A DNA stretch of 58,401 bases from an uncultured Chitinophagales bacterium (GTDB lineage: Bacteria; Bacteroidota; Bacteroidia; Chitinophagales; S012-47). The first letter of the stretch is position 1; every line of letters starts with the position of its first letter. A program made the position numbers and the translations under genes. Positions 1-9,387 of the stretch are shown here, one piece after another. The DNA is taken from NCBI GenBank assembly GCA_964471795.1, contig CAYYHM010000008.1, forward strand, positions 1 to 58,401. Reading direction: 5' to 3'. The notes beneath the pieces are model-generated. The model ran no database searches. It saw only the letters and a program-made list of their open reading frames with translations, and was not told the DNA's origin.

Positions 1-196
1 AGGTATAGCGTATAACGTCTCATCACTTCGAAAATACAAAACGCTACCACTTTTCCCTGTATTGTATGGCGGGTAAGTCAGCCAACAACCTATAGGGCGG
101 ACTCGCCATACCGGCACGTGATGCTCCCTATTAATTGATGCAGGTCTGTTTCATTCAGCTGTTAGAATCGGACTCTGCTGATTGGCGGGCAATTCG

Positions 197-204
197 TACA
201 TTTG
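197..204 (+). promoter_or_regulatory. Bacteroidota -7 promoter box TAnnTTTG (TACATTTG)
   Basis: Exact match to the sigma-A(Bacteroidota) -7 consensus, 42 nt upstream of ATG 246. Confidence 0.4.
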
Positions 205-245
205 GTAACCCACAATTTACCCCCCTACACAGAAACAGCCATTGC

Positions 246-1181
246 ATGCGAGTCGACAAGATTGTAGAGATCAGATCGGAGCTGGGAGCAGGCACACGCG
301 GCGCAAGCCTGGGTGTTGATGCCTTGAAGATTGCCTCCCTGCACAAAGACAAAAGCTTTTTCAAAGTAGTACCCACCATCAAGGTGAAGGATGATAATGA
401 CCTGTTGTATGAGCCTGAAGTGACCCGCAATGCCAAGTGGATCCGCGGACTGGAGCGCCAGTTCAAGCGCAGCAGTAAAGCGGTGAAGAAGGCGCTGGGA
501 AAGAACAACAACATTCTGGTTGTATCCGGCGACCATGGGAGTGCCGGTGGGCTGATTGCGGGCATCAAGATGGCCAAGCCGAAAAGCACCCTGGGTGTTA
601 TTTGGATTGATGCCCACGCCGATCTACATACGCCTTACACCACTCCTTCGGGCAACCTGCACGGCATGCCGCTGGCAACAGCACTCGCCATCGACAATGA
701 GGAGATGAAACGCAACGACCCCAGCGAGGAGGCCATTATCTACTGGGAAAAACTGAAACTTACCGGCAGGATACGACCGAAGATACAACCGGAGCACCTC
801 GTGTTTTTGGGACTTCGTGATTTTGAGGCCGAGGAGAAGCACATCATCGACCAACACAACATTTTCTGGATGGACGTAGATGCCATCAGAAAGAAAGGGC
901 TGGAGGCCACTTGTGCTGCCACTTTGAATCACCTGAAAGATTGCGACCTGCTGTTCGTATCCTTTGATGTGGACAGCCTTGACCCGGAGGTCTGCAGCGG
1001 TACAGGCACACCGGTCCCCGGCGGTTTCATGTTCGACGAGGTGGTGCAGCTGCTGACCTGTTTTACCGGTGATAAACGCACCCGTATCCTTGAGATCACT
1101 GAGATCAATCCACTACTCGATACCGGCAATCAGACCGCTGCCGTAGCCTTCGACATCCTCTGGGAAATCGTTGATGATTGA
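246..1181 (+). CDS. Arginase/ureohydrolase family protein (arginase, agmatinase or formimidoylglutamase-like)
   Basis: Ureohydrolase metal-binding motifs are present: GDHGSAGG, WIDAHADLHTP, SFDVDSLDP. The ORF track starts at 135, but the ATG at 246 (MRVDKIVEI...) lies 42 nt downstream of a TACATTTG -7 box, and the first 37 codons do not look protein-like. Confidence 0.8.
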   Translation: MRVDKIVEIRSELGAGTRGASLGVDALKIASLHKDKSFFKVVPTIKVKDDNDLLYEPEVTRNAKWIRGLERQFKRSSKAVKKALGKNNNILVVSGDHGSAGGLIAGIKMAKPKSTLGVIWIDAHADLHTPYTTPSGNLHGMPLATALAIDNEEMKRNDPSEEAIIYWEKLKLTGRIRPKIQPEHLVFLGLRDFEAEEKHIIDQHNIFWMDVDAIRKKGLEATCAATLNHLKDCDLLFVSFDVDSLDPEVCSGTGTPVPGGFMFDEVVQLLTCFTGDKRTRILEITEINPLLDTGNQTAAVAFDILWEIVDD

Positions 1182-1213
1182 TAGAAACGGCCCGCAATGC
1201 GCTTACTGCATCA

Positions 1214-2116
1214 TTACCAATACATGAGCTTCATGCAGAAGATGCTTCCACCCGATTTCAGGAATTCACCGGTATACACCTCCGTACATCGATAGCCCTT
1301 GCCCGTGAGCAAGGTGGTAACTGTGGCAGCGCCGGCAGGCACCAGCGCTACCCGCTTGCTTGCATCAATGTCATACAGCACGTGGGCATTCAACCCCATG
1401 TACCGGTTATTTTCTGCTGCAGGAACGTACAGCACCTCCGGGAAACTGCTGTGGATCCGGCCCAGGCTCTCCCTGTCGAATGCGTCGGGTACGATGAGCA
1501 CAGTGCTGTCACTAATCGGCAAGAAGCAGGTGTCGAGGTGGTAGCCGTGAGGATCCGTCAGGTGAAGGGGAACAATGGGCACCTGTAACAACTGGCTGAG
1601 TGGCTCCAGTGCCTCCAATTGTGTACGGAAGCCATATCCGCCGAACAACAGCCGTCGGCTCGGATGTGGCAGCAGGTCGCCATTGCCCTCCAGTGAAAAC
1701 CGATCACCCCAGGGAAGCACCTCATATCCTTCCCCTGCCAATGCTTCTGTGAGCAGCGGAACTTCCCCCTGTCTGCCGGCATGCCGCATCAACGAGGGCA
1801 CCACCACCCGTTTTCCGTCGGGCATCAGGAAGGGCAATGCCGGATTGGCTGTAAACACCTGATCGGGAAACCCTTCGGTTGCCTGCAGTATCTGTTGCTT
1901 CTCCAACAAGCCCTGCTCTTGCCACAATGTATAATGCATTGTAAGATTATCCCATTCAAGTTGAGCTACCGTTGTATCTACCTGTTGCCGGGAGGTCATG
2001 AATATGTTGTCGTCACCGGCGAGGGCGAAGTACTGCGGTGTGGCACGAAGCACCTTCCGTGGTATCGGTAATTCAGGCAGCTGCATGATGCGTGCCGTAT
2101 CGGGTTGTAGTAACAT
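1214..2116 (-). CDS. Amidinotransferase / arginine deiminase-type (guanidino-group modifying) family protein, CtlX-like
   Basis: 300 aa. The C-terminal GGSIFCMKLMYW matches the catalytic-Cys end typical of the amidinotransferase/DDAH/ADI superfamily. It lies next to an arginase-family gene, converging on it with a 32-nt gap. Confidence 0.6.
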   Translation of the reverse strand: MLLQPDTARIMQLPELPIPRKVLRATPQYFALAGDDNIFMTSRQQVDTTVAQLEWDNLTMHYTLWQEQGLLEKQQILQATEGFPDQVFTANPALPFLMPDGKRVVVPSLMRHAGRQGEVPLLTEALAGEGYEVLPWGDRFSLEGNGDLLPHPSRRLLFGGYGFRTQLEALEPLSQLLQVPIVPLHLTDPHGYHLDTCFLPISDSTVLIVPDAFDRESLGRIHSSFPEVLYVPAAENNRYMGLNAHVLYDIDASKRVALVPAGAATVTTLLTGKGYRCTEVYTGEFLKSGGSIFCMKLMYW

Positions 2117-2155
2117 ACCGGCAGGTTTTCAGGTAATTTACGCTAAATTACAGGT

Positions 2156-2986
2156 ATGGATTGGTTGCAATGGACAACATCTGATGGGCTTCGTTTGCAG
2201 GGACGCCACTGGCAAGCTCACCATCCTGTTGCGGTGGTGGCTTTGGTGCATGGGCTTGGCGAGCATAGCGGCCGATACGGTGAATTGGCCGAGTTCTTCA
2301 ACAGCCATCAGGTAGCTGTGGTGTCAATCGATCAGCGGGGGCATGGCCTGTCGGAAGGCAGGCGCGGACATGCTGCCCGATATGCGCTACTACTGGAGGC
2401 GGTGGATATGTTGTTGCAAACGACACGGGAGTTGTATCCCGACGTGCCGATTTTCCTGTATGGACACAGCTTTGGCGGCAATCAGGTGTTGAACTATGCC
2501 GTTCGCTACCAGCCGCATATTTCGGGTGTTATCGCTTCCGGATCATGGCTGTTGCTGCGGGCCCGACCCACGGTAGTGTGGGCGTTCCTCACCAAAGCTA
2601 AGAGCTATCTTTTTCCGCGGTGGTCTACCCCCAATCGGATAGAAGCCCAATTCATCAGCCACGACCCCGAGGTTGTGGCGGCATACTGTACTGATCCGCT
2701 GGTGCACGACCGGATAACGGCACGTATGGCGGTAGCCACACAGGCTGCGGCACTGTATGTGTACCGCCATGCCACCTCTTTTCAGGTGCCGGTATTGCTG
2801 ATGCATGGCAGCGATGACCCCATCACCGATCCGAGGGGTTCTCAGTTGCTGGCAGACCGTATCGGCACACTGGCAACCTATCACTCCTGGCCGGGCATGT
2901 ACCATGAGGTACACCATGAAACCAATCGCATGGAAGTGCTTACCTACGTGTGGCAGTGGATATCGACCCGCTTGGAACAAGAATAA
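2156..2986 (+). CDS. Alpha/beta hydrolase, lysophospholipase / monoacylglycerol-lipase-like
   Basis: HGLGEHSGRY oxyanion region, GHSFGG nucleophile elbow, C-terminal HGSDD...H triad region. 276 aa. Confidence 0.8.
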   Translation: MDWLQWTTSDGLRLQGRHWQAHHPVAVVALVHGLGEHSGRYGELAEFFNSHQVAVVSIDQRGHGLSEGRRGHAARYALLLEAVDMLLQTTRELYPDVPIFLYGHSFGGNQVLNYAVRYQPHISGVIASGSWLLLRARPTVVWAFLTKAKSYLFPRWSTPNRIEAQFISHDPEVVAAYCTDPLVHDRITARMAVATQAAALYVYRHATSFQVPVLLMHGSDDPITDPRGSQLLADRIGTLATYHSWPGMYHEVHHETNRMEVLTYVWQWISTRLEQE

Positions 2987-2990
2987 AAAA

Positions 2991-3012
2991 ACCCGGCATG
3001 GTCATGCCGGGT
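2991..3012. terminator. Bidirectional rho-independent terminator
   Basis: ACCCGGCAT-ggtc-ATGCCGGGT hairpin flanked by A7 on the left and TTT on the right. It lies between convergent genes ending at 2986 (+) and 3036 (-). Confidence 0.75.
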
Positions 3013-3035
3013 TTCAGTATCAACAAGTGCTGATT

Positions 3036-5246
3036 TTACCTACGAATCTCCACAGGTACAGCCTGAGGCGGACCGGGATCTTTTTTATCGCCTTCGAAAT
3101 CGCCTTGCTCTTCGACTTGTGGTGATTTATCCGCAATCACCAGTTCGCGCATGATGTATTGAGCGTTGGCCATCTTGTCGATCACAAACAATACATACCG
3201 GATGTCCACACAGATGGTGCGGGTTACAGTCTCATCGAAATACAAATCGCTGAGCATGCTCTCCCAGTTACCATCGAAAGCAATACCGATCAAATCGCCA
3301 TCAGCATCCATTACCGGCGACCCGGAGTTACCACCGGTGATGTCGTTGTTGGTGATGAAGTTTACCCACAGGTCCTTTTCATTTCCATACCGACCATAGT
3401 CTCTCGTGGTCAGCAGTTCGCGCAGAGAAGCAGGCATATCGAATTCCTCATCTCCGGGCACATACTTGGCCAACATCTCATCAGCCGTGGTGTAGTAGCT
3501 GTAGTAGGTGCCATTATCTGCCGGATAGTTCTTTACGCTACCATAGGTAAACCGGAGCGTAGAGTTCGCATCAGGGTAAAAATTCCGGTCTGTCTGCATG
3601 GCCCGCATGCCGCTCACGAACTTGCCCATGGCGTTCTCTTCGCTGGAACTCGCCATCTGCACACTCATCATCTTGCCGATGTAGATATCCAGCAAGCTGT
3701 TCATGAACCGGTATCCAATGTCGTTCTTGATTTTGGCTATCCGTGGCTTGGCAATCCACTTCTCTGCCTTGGCCGGATCTGCCAGGATGGACTTCTTCAT
3801 GATAAAATCAGTGAACTGATCGAACCGGTCAGCCCCTTCCTTATCCCGAAACTTCAAAAACTCTGGCGACTGGAAGATAGCCGGTTGGTTGTCCCCTTGC
3901 AGCCCCTTGTACAGCAGCCTCATCATGGCGGCCATCATATCTCTGTCGAGGGCGGTGTTGTAGGAGGCAAAGTGCTCTGCCGTGGCCGCACGCAACTCAT
4001 CCAGCGCTTCAGTATTGGCCTGCAGCTCCTGGTCGTTGTCCGCCCTACGGAGCATACCGAAATAGTTCAAGCCATAATTCACCAGACCGGGTGCAAAGCC
4101 GGCGAATCCGATAAAGGTCATCAGCTGGCTGTTTTCCCGGTTTCTTTCATACAGGTCAGCCAGATCGGCCACCACTTCGCCATAGGTATCCCAGCGATTG
4201 TCGTCCTCTTCCACCCAGCCTGTAAACTGCGCTTCGAACTCTTCCTTGTCCTGGATGAATGAACTGTTCCTGGAACGCTCTACCACCCCTTTGAAATACT
4301 TATGGCTATTGGCCAGAGATGCATACTCGCCGGCAAGGGCCAGGCGCACCTCATCGTCCCGATCCATGTGGGTCTTCATTACCTGCAGTCGGGTGCCCAA
4401 CAGCCGCACGAACAACGGATAGTCCTCCTTCACGGTTTTGGTGGCGCCGGCAGCTGTCAGATATCGCTCTGTGGAGCCCGGATATCCCATGATGAAGGTG
4501 AAATCACCCGGCTGATAGCCATTCAGGCTCACCTTCAGGAAGTGCTTGGGATTGTAGGGAATGTTGTCTTCACTGTAGTCTGCCGGCTCATTATTGCGGT
4601 TGGCATAGATCCGGAATATGGAGAAATCACCGGTATGGCGAGGCCACATCCAGTTGTCAGTGTCACCACCAAACTTACCGATGGAAGATGGTGGCGCACC
4701 CACAAAGCGGATGTCACGGAACACCTCATATACCATCAGGTAGTGCTCTGTACCATAGTACATGTCAACGATCTCAGCAGAATAACGTCCATCCTGTGAG
4801 GCCGCATCAACCAGTGAGTCTGCTGTTTTTACAGAGCCATTATCGATAAGGCTGGTAACATCTTCCATGCGCACCAGGATTTGCATGGTAAGATCCGGTA
4901 CGGGGATTTCTTCTGCCTGATTGGAGGCCCAATACCCGTTATCCAGATAGTTGGTAGCCGTTGAACTCAGGGTAGCGATAGCATCGTACCCACAGTGGTG
5001 ATTGGTAAATACCATGCCGCGGTTCGATACGATCTCTCCGGTACAGAAATTGCCCATCTGTACGATGGCATCTTTCACGCTTGCCTGATTGATGTTGTAG
5101 ATGTCGTCTGCAGTGAGGCGGGCGCCCATGCGCGACATGTCGCCGTTGAGCATCTTCAGATAGATGGGCAACCACATGCCCTCATCGGCACGGGCAGGAG
5201 TCAGTAGCAGCAGCATACTGACTATAGCAAGAAGCAATCTTTGCAT
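3036..5246 (-). CDS. S46 family peptidase (dipeptidyl-peptidase 7/11-like)
   Basis: After the signal peptide (MQRLLLAIVSMLLLLTPARA) comes the hallmark ADEGMWLP. Catalytic His context TNHHCGY and Ser context TGGNSGSPV are present. Start moved to the ATG at 5246, which has a TATATTTG -7 box 28 nt upstream. Confidence 0.9.
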   Translation of the reverse strand: MQRLLLAIVSMLLLLTPARADEGMWLPIYLKMLNGDMSRMGARLTADDIYNINQASVKDAIVQMGNFCTGEIVSNRGMVFTNHHCGYDAIATLSSTATNYLDNGYWASNQAEEIPVPDLTMQILVRMEDVTSLIDNGSVKTADSLVDAASQDGRYSAEIVDMYYGTEHYLMVYEVFRDIRFVGAPPSSIGKFGGDTDNWMWPRHTGDFSIFRIYANRNNEPADYSEDNIPYNPKHFLKVSLNGYQPGDFTFIMGYPGSTERYLTAAGATKTVKEDYPLFVRLLGTRLQVMKTHMDRDDEVRLALAGEYASLANSHKYFKGVVERSRNSSFIQDKEEFEAQFTGWVEEDDNRWDTYGEVVADLADLYERNRENSQLMTFIGFAGFAPGLVNYGLNYFGMLRRADNDQELQANTEALDELRAATAEHFASYNTALDRDMMAAMMRLLYKGLQGDNQPAIFQSPEFLKFRDKEGADRFDQFTDFIMKKSILADPAKAEKWIAKPRIAKIKNDIGYRFMNSLLDIYIGKMMSVQMASSSEENAMGKFVSGMRAMQTDRNFYPDANSTLRFTYGSVKNYPADNGTYYSYYTTADEMLAKYVPGDEEFDMPASLRELLTTRDYGRYGNEKDLWVNFITNNDITGGNSGSPVMDADGDLIGIAFDGNWESMLSDLYFDETVTRTICVDIRYVLFVIDKMANAQYIMRELVIADKSPQVEEQGDFEGDKKDPGPPQAVPVEIRR

Positions 5247-5273
5247 AACAGATGATTGATTTTTTCGAAACTT

Positions 5274-5281
5274 CAAATATA
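5274..5281 (-). promoter_or_regulatory. -7 box TATATTTG upstream of the S46 peptidase gene
   Basis: Exact TAnnTTTG on the minus strand, 28 nt upstream of ATG 5246. Confidence 0.4.
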
Positions 5282-5334
5282 ATGGCAAATGCAGCATAGC
5301 CTGCTCATTTAATGAACCTTAACAAAGTAATCCC

Positions 5335-7467
5335 TTACAAATGCCTGTCGAAATAATCGGCAATGTGCTCATACAGATGGATCCTGTCGCGGCCGCGTAC
5401 GTTGTGCGGATGGCTTGGGTAGGGAAAAAAGTCTACGTGCTGCCGTTTCTTGATGGCGGCCTCCATAAAGTTCATGGCATGTGCCGGCAGCACCACATCA
5501 TCCTGCAACCCATGGATGATCAGCAGTCGCTTGCCGGCTAATTTGTCTACATAGTTGCTTAGGTTGCTGGCTGCGAACCCTTCTTCGTTTTCATCAATCC
5601 TGTCCATGTAGCGCTCACCATACATGATCTCGTACATGCGCCAGTCTGTTACCGGCCCTCCGGCTACACCTACGGTAAACAAGTCCGGCTTCTTCAGTAG
5701 CATGCTCATGGTCATGAACCCGCCATAGCTCCAACCATGTACACCGATGCGAGATCCATCAACATAGGGCAGCTTTTTCAGGTAAGCGGCGCCTACCGCC
5801 TGATCTTCTACCTCCACAGAACCCATCTGCCGAAACAATGCCTGCTCAAAGTCGCGCCCACGGCCATCAGAGCCCCGGCTGTCCAGCGTAAACACCACAT
5901 ACCCTTGCTGTGCCAGGTAATACAGGAACAGGTTGGCGTTGTGCAGCCAGCTGTTGCGGATCAGCTGCAGGTGTGGACCACCATAAACATAGATGATGGC
6001 AGGGTACTTTTTGGCGGCATTGAAATTACCCGGCTTGATGATGCGCCCATACAGCGTGGTGCCGTCATCAGCCTGCAGGGTCAGGACCTCTGCTGATGGC
6101 AGGGCGTAGTTGGCCAGTGGGTTGTCTGCAGTATGCAGGGTGTGCACTGCAGTACCCTTACGGGTTTCCAACAGGATAATCTCGTTGGGCAGGTCATGCC
6201 GGCTGTATTCATCAATCAAGTAGCTTCCATTGGGATGCAGCCTGCCGGTATGCACCCCTTCGGCAGACCCTACTCGGGTCATCTCGCCATCTTTCAGCCG
6301 GATTTGGTAGTGGGTGCGATCCAGCGGACTATCTTTTGTACCCGTGATATACAGGTATTGTTCCCTGGCATCCATACCCAGCACTTCTGTCACTATCCAG
6401 CTTCCCTCCGTAAGCTGTTGCAGTTGTATCCCGTCCGTGTTGTACAGATACAGGTGATTGAACCCATCGCACTCACTCTGCCATAGGAACAAGTCCTTGT
6501 CTTTGAACAAGAAGGCAGGGCCATGCTCGGGCTCCACATATTTGGGATCGGTTTCCGTGAACAAGGTCTTCATGAATACTCCGCCGGCAGCATCGTACTG
6601 CTGCAGTTGCATGGTATCCTGCCCACGGTTGAGGCGGGCTACATACAGAAAGTTACCATCCGGGCTGAACGTGAGATTCGTGAGGTATTGGTCATAGGGC
6701 TCCCCTGATTCCAGATATACGGTCTTGCCGGTAGTTACGTCGAACAGCCCCACCGTGGTGAATTGTGAGCTATCGCCATTCATCGGATAATTGACCAGTG
6801 TGGTGGTGGGTGGAATGGTACTGTAGTCTGTCAGCGGATAGTCCGTAACCATGCGCTGATCTATGCGGTAAAAGGCAAGCCTGCGGCCATCGGGCGACCA
6901 GAACTGACCTTCAGTAACACCAAATTCATTGCGATAGGCAGCAACTCCATACTCGATTTCCCGGCTGCCGTCGCGGCTGATTCTGACCGGGGCGTCCAAT
7001 CCCTTGCCGGCATATAGGTCATGCTCCAACACATAAGAATAGCTGTACGCATCGGTATAATGCAGCTCCGCAGCACCGGTTGGCACCACGATGCGGGGCC
7101 TCAGGCTGTCGTGGCCGGCAGTGTAGGACCACACATACCCACCATATACCAGCGACACTGTTTTGGCTGTATGCCAGCGAAGTGCCGGCATGTAACGCAT
7201 AGGCTGCAGGGAGTCCGGCAGGTAGCTGTTTAGCTTGTCCAGGCTCAGGTAGACAGTGGAACTGAACTTCTTGGTTTCGGTGATCATCACTGAATCGCCA
7301 TCATTCACGTACGTGTAAGCATCAGCGTCGGGCACCCACTGCAGCTGCCGCAGGGATGTGGGATACAGATCGCGACGAAGGATGATGTCTTCCAGGGTGA
7401 GCGTCTGCTGCTGAGCGGTCAGCGATAGCGTGGCGATATACAGGAGCAGGGTCAGCAGCTTTTGCAT
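5335..7467 (-). CDS. S9 family peptidase, dipeptidyl peptidase IV-like
   Basis: N-terminal beta-propeller region plus a C-terminal prolyl-oligopeptidase domain with the GWSYGG nucleophile motif. Signal peptide runs from MQKLLTLLLYIATLSLTAQQ. Start at 7467 is supported by a TAGATTTG box 19 nt upstream. Confidence 0.85.
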   Translation of the reverse strand: MQKLLTLLLYIATLSLTAQQQTLTLEDIILRRDLYPTSLRQLQWVPDADAYTYVNDGDSVMITETKKFSSTVYLSLDKLNSYLPDSLQPMRYMPALRWHTAKTVSLVYGGYVWSYTAGHDSLRPRIVVPTGAAELHYTDAYSYSYVLEHDLYAGKGLDAPVRISRDGSREIEYGVAAYRNEFGVTEGQFWSPDGRRLAFYRIDQRMVTDYPLTDYSTIPPTTTLVNYPMNGDSSQFTTVGLFDVTTGKTVYLESGEPYDQYLTNLTFSPDGNFLYVARLNRGQDTMQLQQYDAAGGVFMKTLFTETDPKYVEPEHGPAFLFKDKDLFLWQSECDGFNHLYLYNTDGIQLQQLTEGSWIVTEVLGMDAREQYLYITGTKDSPLDRTHYQIRLKDGEMTRVGSAEGVHTGRLHPNGSYLIDEYSRHDLPNEIILLETRKGTAVHTLHTADNPLANYALPSAEVLTLQADDGTTLYGRIIKPGNFNAAKKYPAIIYVYGGPHLQLIRNSWLHNANLFLYYLAQQGYVVFTLDSRGSDGRGRDFEQALFRQMGSVEVEDQAVGAAYLKKLPYVDGSRIGVHGWSYGGFMTMSMLLKKPDLFTVGVAGGPVTDWRMYEIMYGERYMDRIDENEEGFAASNLSNYVDKLAGKRLLIIHGLQDDVVLPAHAMNFMEAAIKKRQHVDFFPYPSHPHNVRGRDRIHLYEHIADYFDRHL

Positions 7468-7485
7468 GGCATAGATAATTTCCTC

Positions 7486-7493
7486 CAAATCTA
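7486..7493 (-). promoter_or_regulatory. -7 box TAGATTTG upstream of the S9 peptidase gene
   Basis: Exact TAnnTTTG on the minus strand, 19 nt upstream of ATG 7467. Confidence 0.4.
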
Positions 7494-7549
7494 GCAGGTT
7501 CTCCTGTACCACAAGAAGCCCCAATGGTGACATAAGTCACTTTTTGCCT

Positions 7550-7564
7550 TGATGATAGTCATCA
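7550..7564. promoter_or_regulatory. Perfect palindrome TGATGA-tag-TCATCA in a divergent intergenic region
   Basis: 6-bp arms with a 3-bp spacer. Read directly between the S9 peptidase gene and the DUF2892 gene. A third TGATGA half-site lies about 10 bp to the right. Confidence 0.3.
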
Positions 7565-7614
7565 CATGCAAGCCCTGATGACCATTTTCTTTGTAGTACT
7601 AAAAAGGATGACAC

Positions 7615-7803
7615 ATGTTTCAGCATAACCTCAGCTTTGCAGATATCGGCGTTCGCTACATGATTATGATGGTGTTCATGATTTTGGCAGGAGCGCTACA
7701 GATGATGGGCTTTCTCATCATTGGCGTAATCTTCTTCCTGACAGCCATCCTTGGTTGGTGTCCGATATACGATATGCTCGGCATATCTACCAGAAAAGAA
7801 TAA
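7615..7803 (+). CDS. Small membrane protein, DUF2892 (YgaP-like) family
   Basis: 62 aa, two hydrophobic helices, C-terminal GWCPIYDMLGIST motif typical of DUF2892. Confidence 0.6.
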   Translation: MFQHNLSFADIGVRYMIMMVFMILAGALQMMGFLIIGVIFFLTAILGWCPIYDMLGISTRKE

Positions 7804-7863
7804 TCAGAAGCCGGTAATCGGCTTACAAAGAACTTCATAGATTGTGGTCAATCAGGCTTAAGT

Positions 7864-7893
7864 GGGGGGCAGTAATGTCCCCTGCTTTTTTTT
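7864..7893 (+). terminator. Possible weak terminator downstream of the DUF2892 gene
   Basis: Short GGGG/CCCC stem (7866-7869 / 7879-7882) followed by a T8 run (7886-7893). The stem is short. Confidence 0.25.
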
Positions 7894-8002
7894 GTAGCAG
7901 TGGCAAGCAGGTGCCCCTGGTCGAGTTGGTAAAATAGGGCTCAGGTAATTTTTTCCTTTGCGCCACTTGACATATCTCCCTGAAATAGTCATCTTTAGAC
8001 TT

Positions 8003-8917
8003 GTGAAACATTTCTTACTACAGGCTGGTGTGGCAATTCTGTTGCTTGCGTCTACGGCCTGCACCAAAAAAACCACCCTGATACCGGACAATGATGCGCC
8101 CTATTACGGCGATGTCCCTGCCGTGTTGGTAGAGAACTATGTCAACAGGCTATACATTGACCTGCTGGGCAGAGAGCCATTGGATAGCGAGATGTTGCGC
8201 GATGTGGCGTACCTCCGCGCCGGGGAACTGGCCATCGCTTCCCGGGACAGTCTTACCCAACGATTACAGTCAGATACTGCCTTCATCTCCGGTGATTCCT
8301 CCTACTTCATCGCCTATCACAAGCGGTTTTATGATATGTGTAAGGCACGGCTGATAGAGGGTGTCAGCAACAAAGAAATCTCTGATCAGCATGGGGTGTA
8401 CTATGCCGAATGGCTGAAAGATTCCATCAACGGCAATCAGCAGGGCATGGACGTCAAACAGCGGCAGATGGACAAGCTGACAGCCATCCTGCAGAGCGAA
8501 TACGACTATCGGGATGGTAATATGGCTATCAATACCATGCATGCCATACTGGTAGATAACTACTTCTACGACCTCATCAACATGAATACCTTCAACTTTA
8601 TCAATGCCACCTTCGACGACCTGTATTTCCGGTATCCCACGCAGGCTGAGTTCAATACGGCATTCGATATCATTGAATTCAATACCTCTTCGGTCATTTT
8701 CGGGCTCCCGGCACAGAACAAGGAAGACTACATCCGGATCATTACATCGCACCGCGAGTTCTACGAAGGCCTCATCATCTGGGCCTATACCACGCTACTG
8801 TCGCGGGAGCCTACCACATCGGAGACCTACTCGCTGATGCTTACCTTCTTTGACAACCCTGATTTCCGTTGGCTGCAACGACAAATCGTTACCACTGATG
8901 AATATGCGAACTTTTAG
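8003..8917 (+). CDS. Lipoprotein with three DUF1549/DUF4214-like repeats (operon gene 1)
   Basis: Lipobox LLLASTAC. Repeated motif: NRLYIDLLGREPLDSE, DDLYFRYPTQAEF, TTLLSREPTTSET. The ORF track begins at TTG 7958; the GTG at 8003 gives a canonical lipoprotein signal (VKHFLLQAGVAILLLASTAC). The start is uncertain. Confidence 0.55.
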   Translation: MKHFLLQAGVAILLLASTACTKKTTLIPDNDAPYYGDVPAVLVENYVNRLYIDLLGREPLDSEMLRDVAYLRAGELAIASRDSLTQRLQSDTAFISGDSSYFIAYHKRFYDMCKARLIEGVSNKEISDQHGVYYAEWLKDSINGNQQGMDVKQRQMDKLTAILQSEYDYRDGNMAINTMHAILVDNYFYDLINMNTFNFINATFDDLYFRYPTQAEFNTAFDIIEFNTSSVIFGLPAQNKEDYIRIITSHREFYEGLIIWAYTTLLSREPTTSETYSLMLTFFDNPDFRWLQRQIVTTDEYANF

Positions 8918-9383
8918 ACTTTGGCTGCCGATAGGCTTGTTGTGGCTGGCTGCCTGCCGCCCTACGCCGATCTATGAGGTGAATCCGGTGGCGGTATCCA
9001 TGCCCAATGCCCAAAAAAGCAAGCTGAAGTCGGAGGAACAGTTCATCTCCATCCTGTATGCCAACTTGTTCCAAAAGGCCTTATCTGCCAACGAACTGCT
9101 GGACATGACCGATGTGATCTTCAGCATAGGCGACAAGGATCTTGCCCACGAAGTAATCGTCAGCAACCTGATGAACAATCCCGATGTGCTGTTGCCTTCC
9201 GATAGCCTGATGCGTGCTGATGTAGATGCTTTCATCGAAGACACCTATGTGCGCTTTCTGGTACGACGACCTACAGAAGGTGAGCTTACCTGGTTCCGGA
9301 ACTTTTTATCCAATCATCCTGACCTGAGCGTGGAGATGGTGTACATCGCCTTCGCCCTCAGTCACGAATACTTGTATTACTAA
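8898..9383 (+). CDS. Lipoprotein with two DUF1549/DUF4214-like repeats (operon gene 2)
   Basis: MNMRTFRLWLPIGLLWLAAC lipobox. Motifs ILYANLFQKALSANEL and YVRFLVRRPTEGELTWF. The start overlaps the end of gene 1 by 20 nt (an alternative ATG is at 8904). Confidence 0.55.
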   Translation: MNMRTFRLWLPIGLLWLAACRPTPIYEVNPVAVSMPNAQKSKLKSEEQFISILYANLFQKALSANELLDMTDVIFSIGDKDLAHEVIVSNLMNNPDVLLPSDSLMRADVDAFIEDTYVRFLVRRPTEGELTWFRNFLSNHPDLSVEMVYIAFALSHEYLYY

Positions 9384-9387
9384 GCCT

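Noticed and set aside
135-245. N-terminal extensions proposed by the ORF track (also 5247-5297, 7468-7533, 22540-22698, 30558-30746, 45131-45193, 48209-48265)
   Set aside because: In each case a downstream ATG gives a proper signal peptide or conserved N-terminus. The downstream ATG is either preceded by a TAnnTTTG box or removes an implausible overlap with the upstream gene.
3159-4262. 367-aa ORF on the plus strand
   Set aside because: It is entirely antisense to the well-supported S46 peptidase gene. The translation is low-complexity and His/Gln/Val-rich with no motifs. It is a typical shadow ORF in GC-rich coding DNA.
7808-7824. Hairpin AAGCCG-gtaat-CGGCTT just after the DUF2892 stop
   Set aside because: It is a 6-bp stem without a following T-tract, which is too weak to call a terminator on its own. 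The T8-containing structure at 7864-7893 is listed instead, with low confidence.
7901-7915. Sigma-54-like element TGGCAAGCAGGTGCC upstream of the six-gene operon
   Set aside because: rpoN is in the window, so I looked for a -24/-12 promoter. Here the GG and GC dinucleotides are separated by 9 nt rather than the required 10, and the -12 region is TGCC rather than TTGC. This is not a convincing match.
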